Source: Capsulimonadaceae bacterium (GTDB lineage: Bacteria; Armatimonadota; Armatimonadia; Armatimonadales; Capsulimonadaceae). Taken from it: 64,000 nt of DNA. This document shows positions 44,040 to 53,337 of the stretch, in pieces; the first letter of the stretch is position 1, and every line of letters starts with the position of its first letter. The translations under genes were made by a program, and so were the position numbers. The notes beneath the pieces were generated by a model. It was not told where the DNA came from and did not search any database. It worked only from the letters and a program-made list of their open reading frames with translations. The stretch lies in the NCBI GenBank assembly GCA_965215505.1, contig OZ244065.1, positions 1,504,001 through 1,568,000 of the forward strand. The letters run 5' to 3'.

Positions 44040-46190
44040 TTAGCTCGTGACGGCACCGACGGCGCGGACCTCGGTATTGGGGACGATCTCGTTATAGGAC
44101 AGGATGACCAGGTTCGGCAGCGACCGCTCGGTCAGGCGGCGCAGCGGCAGGCGCAGGGCCGACATGCACAGCAGGACCGGCTGCTGGTAGCCCAGCGCGA
44201 TCATGCGCTCCATCTGCTGGCCCAGGTTCTGGACGAACTGCCGGGCCTGGGACGGCTCCAGGGCCATGTTCGGCATGCCGGGCGTGATGGACTCCAATAA
44301 CTGCTGCTCCAGGTTCGGGTCGAGCGTCAGGGTCTGGAGCGCCCCGCTCCCCTCGTCCACATACTGCCGGCAGATCGAGCGGGCCAATGTCGCCCGCACC
44401 CACTCGCCCAGCATGTCCACGTCTTTGGTGCGCCCCGCGTTGTCGGCCAGCGTTTCCAGGATGGTAACCAGGTCGCGGATCGAGATGCGCTCCCGCAGGA
44501 GGTGCTGCAAGACCTTCTGGACCTCGCCCACCGTCATCAGGGTCGGGATCAGCTCCTCGACGACGGCCCCGTTCGCCAGCTTGACGTGGTCGATCAGGGC
44601 GGACGTGTCCTGCCGCGTGATGATCTCGGCGGCGTGCCCCTTGATGACCTCGGCCAGGTGAGTCGTGATGACCGAGGACGGGTCTACGACCGTGTAGCCC
44701 GCCATCTCGGCCCGCTCCCGGTGCGACCGGCTGACCCACTGGGCTGGGACGCCGAAGGCGGGTTCTTTGGCGGGGATGCCGTCCGTGATCGGGTCAATGA
44801 CGCTGCCGGGATCAATGAGCATGATGGAGTTCGGGTGGACGGTCCCCGAGGCGACCGTCGCCCCTTTGAGTTTGACGGCGTAGTCGTTGGCCTTCAGGTG
44901 CAGGTCGTCGCGGATGCGGACGGTGGGGATGACCAGGCCGAGTTCCAGGGCCGTCTTCTGGCGGATGACCGTGATCCGGTCCAGCAGGTCGCCCCCGACC
45001 GTCTGGTCCACGAGCTGGAGCAGGCCGTAGCCGAAGTTCAATTCCAGCACGTCCACATTCAACAGGGGCAAGACGCTCTCGGGCGTCGCCAGCGGCGCGG
45101 GCCGGGACGCGACCGCCGTGGCCGTCGCCTGCGCCGCCGACAGCACCTGCTTCTGGTTGCGCGTCAGGATGAACCCAATCCCGGCCAGTGTGCCGGCCAC
45201 CAGCATCGTCTGCGGCAGGGGGAAGCCGAAGGGGATGAACAGGCAGACAAGGCCCGCCGTGATGAACAGGGGGCGCGGAGAGGCGAAGATCTGGCGCGCG
45301 ATGTCCCCGCCCATGGCCGTGTCCGAGGCGGCCCGCGTCACCATCAGGCCCGCCGCCGTCGAGATCAGCAGGGCGGGAATCTGAGCGACTAGGCCCTCGC
45401 CGACAGTCAGGAGGGTGTAATTTTGCAGCACCTTCAGGACGTCCTCGCCCTTGCTCAGTCCCATCGCGAAGCCGCCGATGATGTTCAGCACGATGATGAC
45501 GATGGCCGCGATGGCGTCGCCGCGCACGAACTTGTTCGCGCCGTCCATCGCGCCGAAGAAGTCCGCCTCCTGGCCGACGGTCTTGCGCCGCTCGCGCGCC
45601 TGGTCCTGGTTGATGATGCCCGCGTTCAGGTCGGCGTCGATCGCCATCTGCTTGCCCGGCATGGCGTCCAGGGTGAACCGGGCGGCGACCTCGGCGACCC
45701 GGCCCGCGCCGGACGTGATGACGACGAACTGGACGACGACCAGCAGCAGGAATACGATGATGCCGACGACGTAGTTGCCGCCGATGACCACCTGCCCGAA
45801 GGTGGCGATGACGTGCCCCGCGCTGCCCGTGCCGATGATCAGCTTCATCGCCGACACTTCCAAAGCCAGACGGAACAGCGTCGTCACCAGCAAGAGGGCG
45901 GGGAACACGGAAAATTGCAGCGGCTCGGTGGTGTAAAGCGCGGTCAGGAGGATCAGCACCGCCCCCGTCAGGTTCAGGACCAGGCCGAGGTCGAGGAGCG
46001 GCTCCGGCAGTGGCAGGATCAGCATCGCCACCATGCCGATCAGGGCCATCGCCATCGCGATGTCGGTCTGCTGGGCGGCCCTCGTCAAAAAGCCCATGAG
46101 GCCGCCGCCGTTAGGATTGCTGGGGGTCTGCCCCGGTCGGAGTTGAACTGCCACGCCGGGATTATTCCACGCCGTCCCTAAAGAATCCAA
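44040..46190 (-). CDS. flhA: flagellar export gate protein FlhA
   Basis: RVAEVAARFTLDAMPGKQMAIDADL, FFGAMDGANKFVRGDA, GEGLVAQIPALL, LSYNEI; start uncertain. Confidence 0.95.
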   Translation of the reverse strand: MDSLGTAWNNPGVAVQLRPGQTPSNPNGGGLMGFLTRAAQQTDIAMAMALIGMVAMLILPLPEPLLDLGLVLNLTGAVLILLTALYTTEPLQFSVFPALLLVTTLFRLALEVSAMKLIIGTGSAGHVIATFGQVVIGGNYVVGIIVFLLLVVVQFVVITSGAGRVAEVAARFTLDAMPGKQMAIDADLNAGIINQDQARERRKTVGQEADFFGAMDGANKFVRGDAIAAIVIIVLNIIGGFAMGLSKGEDVLKVLQNYTLLTVGEGLVAQIPALLISTAAGLMVTRAASDTAMGGDIARQIFASPRPLFITAGLVCLFIPFGFPLPQTMLVAGTLAGIGFILTRNQKQVLSAAQATATAVASRPAPLATPESVLPLLNVDVLELNFGYGLLQLVDQTVGGDLLDRITVIRQKTALELGLVIPTVRIRDDLHLKANDYAVKLKGATVASGTVHPNSIMLIDPGSVIDPITDGIPAKEPAFGVPAQWVSRSHRERAEMAGYTVVDPSSVITTHLAEVIKGHAAEIITRQDTSALIDHVKLANGAVVEELIPTLMTVGEVQKVLQHLLRERISIRDLVTILETLADNAGRTKDVDMLGEWVRATLARSICRQYVDEGSGALQTLTLDPNLEQQLLESITPGMPNMALEPSQARQFVQNLGQQMERMIALGYQQPVLLCMSALRLPLRRLTERSLPNLVILSYNEIVPNTEVRAVGAVTS

Positions 46191-46220
46191 CGAAAGATTC
46201 CGATACTGTGCTTGGCAGCT

Positions 46221-46550
46221 CTACAGCACACCGTCTCCCGCCTCGCCCGTGCGGATGCGCCTCGCCTCCAGCGCGGGCAGGACGAAGATCTTGCCGTCGC
46301 CCTCCTCGCCGGTGCGGGCGTGACTCAGGAGGATGTCGATCACCCCTTCCACGGCCTCGTCGCGCACGGTCAGTTCCAGCCTGACCTGGGGCGGCAGGGA
46401 CAGGACCGGACGCTCCCCCCGGAACGGGTCGGGGTTCCGTCCCGTCCCGCGCACGTCGCTGACGGTCATGCTCGCGATCCCCGCCTCGGCCAGCGCCTCT
46501 TTGACCGCCCCCAGCCGCGCGGGCCGGAGGATCGCCTCGATTTTCTTCAT
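46221..46550 (-). CDS. atypical PII-family signal transduction protein
   Basis: MKKIEAILRP, TGEEGDGKIFV B-loop, RIRTGE; divergent, shortened T-loop; GAGGAGG RBS. Confidence 0.85.
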   Translation of the reverse strand: MKKIEAILRPARLGAVKEALAEAGIASMTVSDVRGTGRNPDPFRGERPVLSLPPQVRLELTVRDEAVEGVIDILLSHARTGEEGDGKIFVLPALEARRIRTGEAGDGVL

Positions 46551-46657
46551 GCCCGCCTCCTCGCCTGCGTTCTCTTTGGGGTTTCATCGGGTAAAATAAG
46601 GGCATCTCCCAGATGTGCGTGTGCCTCTTGTGGGAGGCGCGAAAGGAACCCCGATTT

Positions 46658-47827
46658 ATGCATCGCCTGTCTCGATGCCTGCTGACCCTCGGTGCCGCCG
46701 TGACCGCCGGCGGCTCTCTCCTGATCTCTCATCCAGCCCTCGCTCAGACCGGTGCCGATAGCGCGGCCCCTCCGGCAGCGCCCGCGCCGTCCGGGCACCG
46801 GCTGAACGCCAGGTTGCGGCTCGGCGACGGCCGGCAGACGTGGCACCCATCGCGCAAGCAGCTCGGCATCAGCTACGCCCCCGGCAGCACGGACGCCAGC
46901 CCGGCGGGCCAGATCAAGTTCGTCGTGGACCGCGCCAAGGCGCGCGCCTACTTTGACAGCATCGCCCCCTACGTCCGGCGCGCGCCCAAGAACGCCCACG
47001 TCGCCCTGGTGGAAGCCAACGCCAGTGACGAAGGCACGGAGCAGGTGCCCGCCCAGGTCGTCCCCGGATATGACGGGGCCGCCCTTGACGTGAGCGCCGC
47101 CGTGGACCTGGTCCAGAAGACTTTGGAATCCAATCCGACCGTCATCCACATCATCCTGCCGGTCAAGAGCAAGCCTGCCAAGGTTTCCGCCGCCAAGCTC
47201 GAGGGGATAGACGCCCGCGTCGGCTACTTCGTGACGCGGTTCAACCCCGGCGACGAAGGCCGCACCGCCACCGTCCGCCGCGCCATCTCCATCATTGACG
47301 GCACCATCGTCCCGCCCGGCGGCGTCTTCTCCGTGGACAAGACGGTCGGCCCGCGCGACCCGGAACACGGCTTCACCGGCAAAGGCCATGTCTTCATAGA
47401 CGGGCACATGGAGCTCCAGAGCGGCGGCGGCATGTGCCAGGTCGCGACCACCCTCTTCAACGCCGCCATGCTCGCGAACCTCAAGATCGTGGAGCGGCAT
47501 CAGCACGTCCGCACCGTCCCCTATGTGGACCCAGGGCGCGACGCTACTATCTACCACGGCCAGAAGGATTTCAAGATCCAGAACAACACCAACGCGCCGC
47601 TGCTGATCTCCTACCGGACGAACCGCAGCCACGCCATCGTGTCGCTGTTCGGCAAGGGCGTCCCCGGCCGCAAGGTGCGGCTCGTCGCCTCCCACGAGCG
47701 GCTGGGCGAGCGCCACTACATCGGGACCTTCAACCGCGTCGTCTACGAGCCGGGCAGCGCGCCGCAGAAGGGTCAGCCCTTCCACAGCGACTACAAATGG
47801 CCGGAGACGCTGGACTATAGCCGCTAG
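46658..47827 (+). CDS. VanW family secreted protein
   Basis: Signal peptide; GGGMCQVATTLFNA, VERHQH, GRDATI. Confidence 0.88.
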   Translation: MHRLSRCLLTLGAAVTAGGSLLISHPALAQTGADSAAPPAAPAPSGHRLNARLRLGDGRQTWHPSRKQLGISYAPGSTDASPAGQIKFVVDRAKARAYFDSIAPYVRRAPKNAHVALVEANASDEGTEQVPAQVVPGYDGAALDVSAAVDLVQKTLESNPTVIHIILPVKSKPAKVSAAKLEGIDARVGYFVTRFNPGDEGRTATVRRAISIIDGTIVPPGGVFSVDKTVGPRDPEHGFTGKGHVFIDGHMELQSGGGMCQVATTLFNAAMLANLKIVERHQHVRTVPYVDPGRDATIYHGQKDFKIQNNTNAPLLISYRTNRSHAIVSLFGKGVPGRKVRLVASHERLGERHYIGTFNRVVYEPGSAPQKGQPFHSDYKWPETLDYSR

Positions 47828-47841
47828 GCACAGAAAGCGAA

Positions 47842-47869
47842 AAGGGGCGCGAGTTTACTCGCGCCCCTT
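47842..47869. terminator. bidirectional terminator
   Basis: AAGGGGCGCGAG-ttta-CTCGCGCCCCTT between convergent genes. Confidence 0.7.
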
Positions 47870-48544
47870 CTTCTTGTTCTTACTCTTGTCTTTCTTGCTC
47901 TTCCTGTGTCCCCGCCGTCCCAATTGGAACTGAAGCATCTGCCAGTACATCCGGGAGCGGGAGGCCGCCCCGCGCGCCCAGCCCAGCTTTTCCTCTTTCA
48001 TCGGGTGCGTCACGCCGCGCAGCGTGACGTCCTTTCGGATCATCCCCTGGCTGTGGACGTAGTCGTTGATCGCCAGCTCGATCCCGTAACCCACCGACTC
48101 CAGATCGGGGATGTGCAGGAAAACGTCGCGCCGGATCGCCCGCTGCCCGGTGATGGCGGGCGCGAAGAACTGCGCCATGTCGGTCCACAAGCGCCCGCCC
48201 TTGAAGATGCCCATCGCCATGGTCGCCTCGCCCGAGCAGACCGGGGCGAGAAGGTCCTGCACATGCCGAGGCGTCAGCCCGACCAGATCGGCGTCGAAGA
48301 ACAACAGGACATCGGCGTCCGTCCGCGTCGCGCCCTCGCGCATCGCCCCGCCTTTGCCTTTGTTGCGCGGCAGCGTGACCACCCGCACGCCCTTGATTGC
48401 CGAAGCCGCCTGGGCCGTGCCGTCCGTCGAGCCGTCGTTGACGACGATCACCTCATCCACCGCCGCCACGCCGGTGACGGCGTGCAGGACGGCAGCGATG
48501 CGGGCTTCTTCATTGTAAGCCGGAATGATGGCCGCCACCCTCAT
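47855..48544 (-). CDS. family 2 glycosyltransferase
   Basis: IIPAYNEE, VNDGSTD, NKGKGGA, FFDADL, GQRA; ORF open to GTG 48613. Confidence 0.88.
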   Translation of the reverse strand: MRVAAIIPAYNEEARIAAVLHAVTGVAAVDEVIVVNDGSTDGTAQAASAIKGVRVVTLPRNKGKGGAMREGATRTDADVLLFFDADLVGLTPRHVQDLLAPVCSGEATMAMGIFKGGRLWTDMAQFFAPAITGQRAIRRDVFLHIPDLESVGYGIELAINDYVHSQGMIRKDVTLRGVTHPMKEEKLGWARGAASRSRMYWQMLQFQLGRRGHRKSKKDKSKNKKKGRE

Positions 48545-48633
48545 GGGCGTCCTCCCGGCGGGCGGCGGTTTGGGTCGGTATTTCGGCAGGAGCGTGGCAA
48601 ACGGCGAACTCACTTATAAGGTCCCCAGGCGAC

Positions 48634-49548
48634 TTACTGGTGTTTGGTGTCCGAAGAGGCCATGACGGCGGCCGGCGTCGGCATCTTGGTAGACAGGAGC
48701 AGGGTCGGATAGTCTATGCCGTTCTTCTCGGCGGCCAGCTTATCCTCGCCGGGCTGATAAAGCTCCTGGATGTAAGCCCCCTTGTTCGCGCGCAGCTCGC
48801 GGAGCTGTTCTTCCGCCCGCAGGATGCGGTTCTCGTTGATCGGGTGGTCCTGCGAATAGGGGACGGGCTGGCCGGGGTGCTTCTTGTCCTCGGCCTCGAA
48901 GATCTGGAAGGTGCGGATCATCCCGCTCGGGTCGTACCCGGCGTTGTAGGCGAACTTCTCGCCCCAGCGGTCCGCCTCATACTCGGCGATGCGGCTGTAA
49001 TGGAGCTGGTCCAGCTCGAACAGCGCGCCGCCCGCCTGGCTGACCGCGTTGCTGCGGCTCAGGACGGAGGCCAGGTCCACCAGGAAGCCCTTGGTCTCCG
49101 AGTCGGCGATGGACTTCACCACATGGCGGCGGACGACGTGCGAGGCCTCGTGGCCGATGACGCAGGCGAGGGCGTCGTCGTCCTTGCCGATCTTGTCGTA
49201 TAATCCCCGGTAAAGGTAGACGTAGCCGCCGGGGATGGAGAAGGCGTTCAGCTCGGGGCTGTCAATGACGCGGATGCGGAACGAGACGTCCGGCCGGTCC
49301 TTCTGCGCCTGGGCGAAGATCGGCGTGGCGATATCCAGGACGCGCCGGTTGATCTTGCCGTCCATGACGAACTTGGCCTGATTGTCTATCTGGAGCGCGT
49401 AATCCCGGCCCAATTCGTTCTCTTGGGACGAGTTCATCACGTTATTGTGGACCTGTCCGCTCTGGCAGCCCGCGCCCGCCAGCAGGGCGGCGAGGGCGGC
49501 ACCCATCACGAGGAGGGGGCGGAACGGCCTACGGGTTTTAATGTTCAT
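48634..49548 (-). CDS. M48-family metalloprotease lipoprotein
   Basis: Lipobox AGAGC, NAFSIPGG, GHEASH, EYEAD, DHP. Confidence 0.9.
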   Translation of the reverse strand: MNIKTRRPFRPLLVMGAALAALLAGAGCQSGQVHNNVMNSSQENELGRDYALQIDNQAKFVMDGKINRRVLDIATPIFAQAQKDRPDVSFRIRVIDSPELNAFSIPGGYVYLYRGLYDKIGKDDDALACVIGHEASHVVRRHVVKSIADSETKGFLVDLASVLSRSNAVSQAGGALFELDQLHYSRIAEYEADRWGEKFAYNAGYDPSGMIRTFQIFEAEDKKHPGQPVPYSQDHPINENRILRAEEQLRELRANKGAYIQELYQPGEDKLAAEKNGIDYPTLLLSTKMPTPAAVMASSDTKHQ

Positions 49549-49594
49549 GGGGGTCTTTCTTGCTGGTCAAGCCGCTTCCCACACTGCCGAAAAG

Positions 49595-49927
49595 TCAAGG
49601 TGAGTGGCGGTCGGTCACGGAGCGGGCCTCGCGCCAGAGCGCGTCGGCCTGCCGACGGAGTTGTTCGGTCCGCGCTTGCAGGTCGCGCAGACTGCGCCGC
49701 GACTGCGGCGACCGGGCACCGTCCAGGGCATTCTTTAAACCGTTCGCGCCGCTCCGGAGTTCCTGCCCCGTCGGGGGCCAGCCCAGGTCGGGCGGGCGGC
49801 TGTGTACGGCGAGCCGCGCCCTCAGGTCGCCGACCTCGGCCTGCAACCGGCGCACTTGCAGCCAGTTGTACCCACAGGCGGTGAGGAGCGCGACCATCAA
49901 AATCCGGGTGAAAGAGCGGCGTATCAC
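49595..49927 (-). CDS. small hypothetical protein with N-terminal TM helix and coiled coil
   Basis: GTG 2 bp after the GNAT stop; ILMVALLTACGY hydrophobic segment. Confidence 0.5.
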   Translation of the reverse strand: MIRRSFTRILMVALLTACGYNWLQVRRLQAEVGDLRARLAVHSRPPDLGWPPTGQELRSGANGLKNALDGARSPQSRRSLRDLQARTEQLRRQADALWREARSVTDRHSP

Positions 49928-49929
49928 GG

Positions 49930-51063
49930 TTAGCCCTTCTTCCGCCGCATCCAGGCCTTGCCGCGCCGCTCCACCGTGTCTTCCAGACCCTGCGCGTTCC
50001 GGGCCAGCGGCCCGAACGGCGTCCCCGCCCGCGTGATGATCCGCCGCGCGTTCACCCGCGCCGCTCCGGTCCACTTGGCCTTGTACGGCTCGTCCCCGCG
50101 CAGAAAGTCGAAGACCTGACGCCCCTCGGCGATGGCCGACTGGATCGCCCGCGCCGTCAGCACCGTGCCCAGACTAAGCCGCGCCAGGGTCGGCTCAAAC
50201 CCGCCCTGATAATAACACAGCCGGTCGCCGTAAGCAAAGCAGTAAAGGGAGGCCTGCGTCAGCCCGTCCAGCTTCAGCGAGAACAGCCGCAGCCAGCCCT
50301 GCCGGAGCAGCCGCCGGGCGGCGTCCCGGTGGAACGCCTGCACGCGCCCCCCTCCGAATACGCCCGGAAGCCACCGCTGGTTCCACCGACGCTGGTGCAG
50401 CTCGAACAGGTGGCTCAGTTCGTCGTCCAGCGCGTCCTCGTCCGTCACCGGCCCGACCTCGACCGCGTAGACTTTGTGCAGGGCGCGGTCATAGTACCCG
50501 ACGTTCGCCCGCGTCTTCTTCCCCAGCCCTTGCAGCAGCATGTCCCAGGCGGACGGCAGCGCGAGGTACGGGCACGGCTCGCCCGGCGCATCGAAGCTCG
50601 CCAGCCGCCCGCCCTCCGGGGGCCGATGCTCGCGCAGATACCCGCCGTCGCGTAGCTGCTGGAAGTCCGCGATCTGCCAGCCCCCGGCGTGCTCCAAATA
50701 CCCGTACAGCCCCTCGGAGATGGCGTCCTCCCACCCCGGCGCGGCCAGCACGTCCAGATAGTCCGAGGTCCCCGTCCCCAGGAACGAAAGCCGCCGAAGG
50801 GCCGTCGCGTACCAGAACGAGGTCATCAGCGGTGCCAGCCCGACTAAAACGCCTTCACCGTTCCGGAACGTCACGACGCGCAGCATCCGCCCCGGCGTCC
50901 CTCCGAAGTGCCGCCACCACGCCGCGTTCCACTCCCACGTCTGAAAGACCGTGCCGGTAGGGCACTCGGAGGCCAGGCGCTGCCACTCCGGCTCCAGCGC
51001 GGCCAGCCCCGCCGCCCGGCGCACGTCGGCCACCCGCACCCGCTCCGTTCCTGTCCACTTCAT
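49930..51063 (-). CDS. GNAT acetyltransferase (CelD/BcsL-like)
   Basis: VFQTWEW, LVGLAPL, SDYLD, YYQGGF, FDFLRGDEPYKAKW. Confidence 0.88.
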   Translation of the reverse strand: MKWTGTERVRVADVRRAAGLAALEPEWQRLASECPTGTVFQTWEWNAAWWRHFGGTPGRMLRVVTFRNGEGVLVGLAPLMTSFWYATALRRLSFLGTGTSDYLDVLAAPGWEDAISEGLYGYLEHAGGWQIADFQQLRDGGYLREHRPPEGGRLASFDAPGEPCPYLALPSAWDMLLQGLGKKTRANVGYYDRALHKVYAVEVGPVTDEDALDDELSHLFELHQRRWNQRWLPGVFGGGRVQAFHRDAARRLLRQGWLRLFSLKLDGLTQASLYCFAYGDRLCYYQGGFEPTLARLSLGTVLTARAIQSAIAEGRQVFDFLRGDEPYKAKWTGAARVNARRIITRAGTPFGPLARNAQGLEDTVERRGKAWMRRKKG

Positions 51064-51142
51064 TCCGGCCTCGTCACGCGCTCATTATAGCAGAATCGGG
51101 GGGAGCGTGTAAAGGCGGCAGGCGTGAGGCAGAGGCACTGAT

Positions 51143-51166
51143 GTGGGGGCGCGATGAATCGCGCCC
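51143..51166 (+). repeat. REP-like palindrome (GTGG variant)
   Basis: GTGG-GGGCGCGAT-ga-ATCGCGCCC. Confidence 0.6.
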
Positions 51167-51182
51167 TCTTGATATTGGCGAG

Positions 51183-51662
51183 TTAATACCCCATGTCGAG
51201 TTCCTGCGCTTGCGCTGTCAGCTCGTCAAGGGCTGCTAGTCTGACCTCATCATCACGCTTCTTGTACTCCATCAAATCGCTGCGAAGAATGTAGCGTTGG
51301 GTCCCAACGATGCGGAAAGGTAGCTGACCCTCCGTGAGCAGGCCGATGAGGTAAGCTTGGGACACCTTGAGAATCCAAGCCGCCTCCTGGGTCGTTAGTT
51401 CCGCGCTCACCGGAGTAATGGCGATGGCGTTCCCCTGCCCCATCTGCGTTAGGATGTCTAATAACAGCCGAGAGGCGGTGGCAGTAAGCTCAACGACCTC
51501 ATCTGGTTTGCCACCCTTAGCGAGTTGAAGAGTGAGGCTAGGATGTGACAGCAAATATACCGCAATGCGCCGACTGGCTTCTTTAGCTTGTCGGCGTTCG
51601 TCTTCAGTGGACACGGGTGGCGATGTCGAAAAGCTGACGGGGTTTACAGGATCATTGTTCAT
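51183..51662 (-). CDS. excisionase-family HTH DNA-binding protein (antitoxin-like)
   Basis: ELTTQEAAWILKVSQAYLIGLL...VGTQR...ALDELTAQAQELDMGY; lower GC. Confidence 0.85.
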   Translation of the reverse strand: MNNDPVNPVSFSTSPPVSTEDERRQAKEASRRIAVYLLSHPSLTLQLAKGGKPDEVVELTATASRLLLDILTQMGQGNAIAITPVSAELTTQEAAWILKVSQAYLIGLLTEGQLPFRIVGTQRYILRSDLMEYKKRDDEVRLAALDELTAQAQELDMGY

Positions 51663-52193
51663 CTAGTACTGGTTTTTGAACTCCAGCGGATTCTCGTCAT
51701 GCGGTATGCCCTGAGCCAAACACAAATAGTTTTTCGTGGCCTTCGGCGTCATGGGTATTGATCTTGCGCTGGCAAGAGAAGAAAGCAGCCCAAAATACGC
51801 ATCGAAAGTTGCATCCTCCAGGGCCACGGCGACCCAAGCTGCTTTAGCCCCCTTTGCATCTTCCGCCGACTTCGCGAACTCAGCGTCACCACCTTGAATC
51901 AAGTTGTATGCGGGATTGAGTTTCCCATTCGCTGTGTATTTGTTGCGGGTCTTGACGCTGATGACGTAGCGCACACCATCCTTCTCTGCGTAGATATCTG
52001 CATACTTGTGATTGGCATGCGTCTTGTTCAGGTTTTCAATGTTTACAAATCCGTTAGTCGCCAGAGCTTGCTCTGCAAGCTTTTCGCCGATCTTTCCGTT
52101 GCTCCGGCTTCTAGCGGCTGTTGATGCGTCCTGGACGCAGATGTAGTTTCTCAAAGCTTCCCCCAGAAATAACTCTCGCCCTATACGGCTCAT
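51663..52193 (-). CDS. PD-(D/E)xK-like nuclease domain protein
   Basis: GKIGEKLA...ADIYAEKDG...ISVKTR (E...D...SxK); lower GC; start uncertain. Confidence 0.6.
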   Translation of the reverse strand: MSRIGRELFLGEALRNYICVQDASTAARSRSNGKIGEKLAEQALATNGFVNIENLNKTHANHKYADIYAEKDGVRYVISVKTRNKYTANGKLNPAYNLIQGGDAEFAKSAEDAKGAKAAWVAVALEDATFDAYFGLLSSLASARSIPMTPKATKNYLCLAQGIPHDENPLEFKNQY

Positions 52194-52349
52194 CGGGCGG
52201 TTCCGCTGCGTCTACGTTCCATGCACGACTGCCGTTCTCCTGCCTATCACCTCCCCACACCTACCACCCGAAAAGCAGGACTCCACCGCACCGAACGCCA
52301 ATAGGGGCACAAGCCCTTTGGGGCGCATGTTCTTCTTGGGAGGTACTCT

Positions 52350-53276
52350 GTGGAGAAGTTGATCAAAGCCAAAGTCGAAGCGGGCCGCGTGGCGATCCAC
52401 TGGCTCGGCCAGGGCGGGTTCGCCTTCAAGGACCACGCCGGGGACGTCATCGTCGTGGACCCCTACCTATCGGACAGCGCGAACGCCGACGGCAGCGCGG
52501 CCCGGCTCGTGGACATCCCCGTCCGGCCCAAAGAGGTGAGGCTGGACTATCTGTTCCTGACGCACGACCACCAGGACCACACCGACCCGCACTCCGCCCC
52601 GGCCATCGCGCAGGCGAACCCCGAGGCCCCCATCATCTGCCCGCCCTCTTCGTGCCACCACCTGACCAAGCTGGGCGTGCCGTCCTCGCAGATCACCACG
52701 GCCATGCCGGGGCAGTCCCTGGCCTTCCCGAACTTCGTGGCCCATGTGGTCGCCGCCCAGCATTCCGAGGACAGCGTGGGCTTCGTCTTCGAGTTCGGCA
52801 ACGAGGGCAGCAACTCGGACACGGTCTCGGTCTACATCACCGGGGACACCGAGTACAACGATGGCCTGGCTGCCGCTGTCGAGGAATACGGCCCGGAAGT
52901 CCTGCTGGTGCCCATCAACGGCCGCTGGGGCAACATGAGTGCCGCCGACGCCGCGAAGCTCTCCGCCCTCATCGCCCCGCGCGAGGTGATCCCGATGCAC
53001 TACGGCATGTTCGCCGAGAACACGGCTGACCCCAGCGACTTCGTCAGCGCCTTAGCCGAGGCGACGGACTCCAGTCCCGACACCGTCGCGGTCGTGATGA
53101 AGCACAACGCCTGCCACATCTACTGCCCTGCCGAGGCCGTCCAGGGCAAGCACGCCCGGACAGAGGCCCGCGCGGCCCGCGCCAGGGCCGCTCGCGTCAG
53201 CCACCAGCACCAGGACGGCCTGCGCGGCCCGAACGGTGGCAGCGGCGTCAACCGGGGCGGGGGCAGGGCGCACTAA
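52350..53276 (+). CDS. MBL-fold metallo-hydrolase (UlaG-like)
   Basis: WLGQGGF, VDPYLS, THDHQDH, ITGDT, PMHYGMF; GGAGG RBS. Confidence 0.9.
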   Translation: MEKLIKAKVEAGRVAIHWLGQGGFAFKDHAGDVIVVDPYLSDSANADGSAARLVDIPVRPKEVRLDYLFLTHDHQDHTDPHSAPAIAQANPEAPIICPPSSCHHLTKLGVPSSQITTAMPGQSLAFPNFVAHVVAAQHSEDSVGFVFEFGNEGSNSDTVSVYITGDTEYNDGLAAAVEEYGPEVLLVPINGRWGNMSAADAAKLSALIAPREVIPMHYGMFAENTADPSDFVSALAEATDSSPDTVAVVMKHNACHIYCPAEAVQGKHARTEARAARARAARVSHQHQDGLRGPNGGSGVNRGGGRAH

Positions 53277-53291
53277 GAGGTCCTGGTGACG

Positions 53292-53337
53292 GACGCAGGC
53301 CCCGGCACTTCCTGTGCCGGGGCCTGCGTCGTTGTTT
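53292..53337. terminator. intrinsic terminator between convergent genes
   Basis: Perfect 17-bp stem GACGCAGGCCCCGGCAC/GTGCCGGGGCCTGCGTC. Confidence 0.85.
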
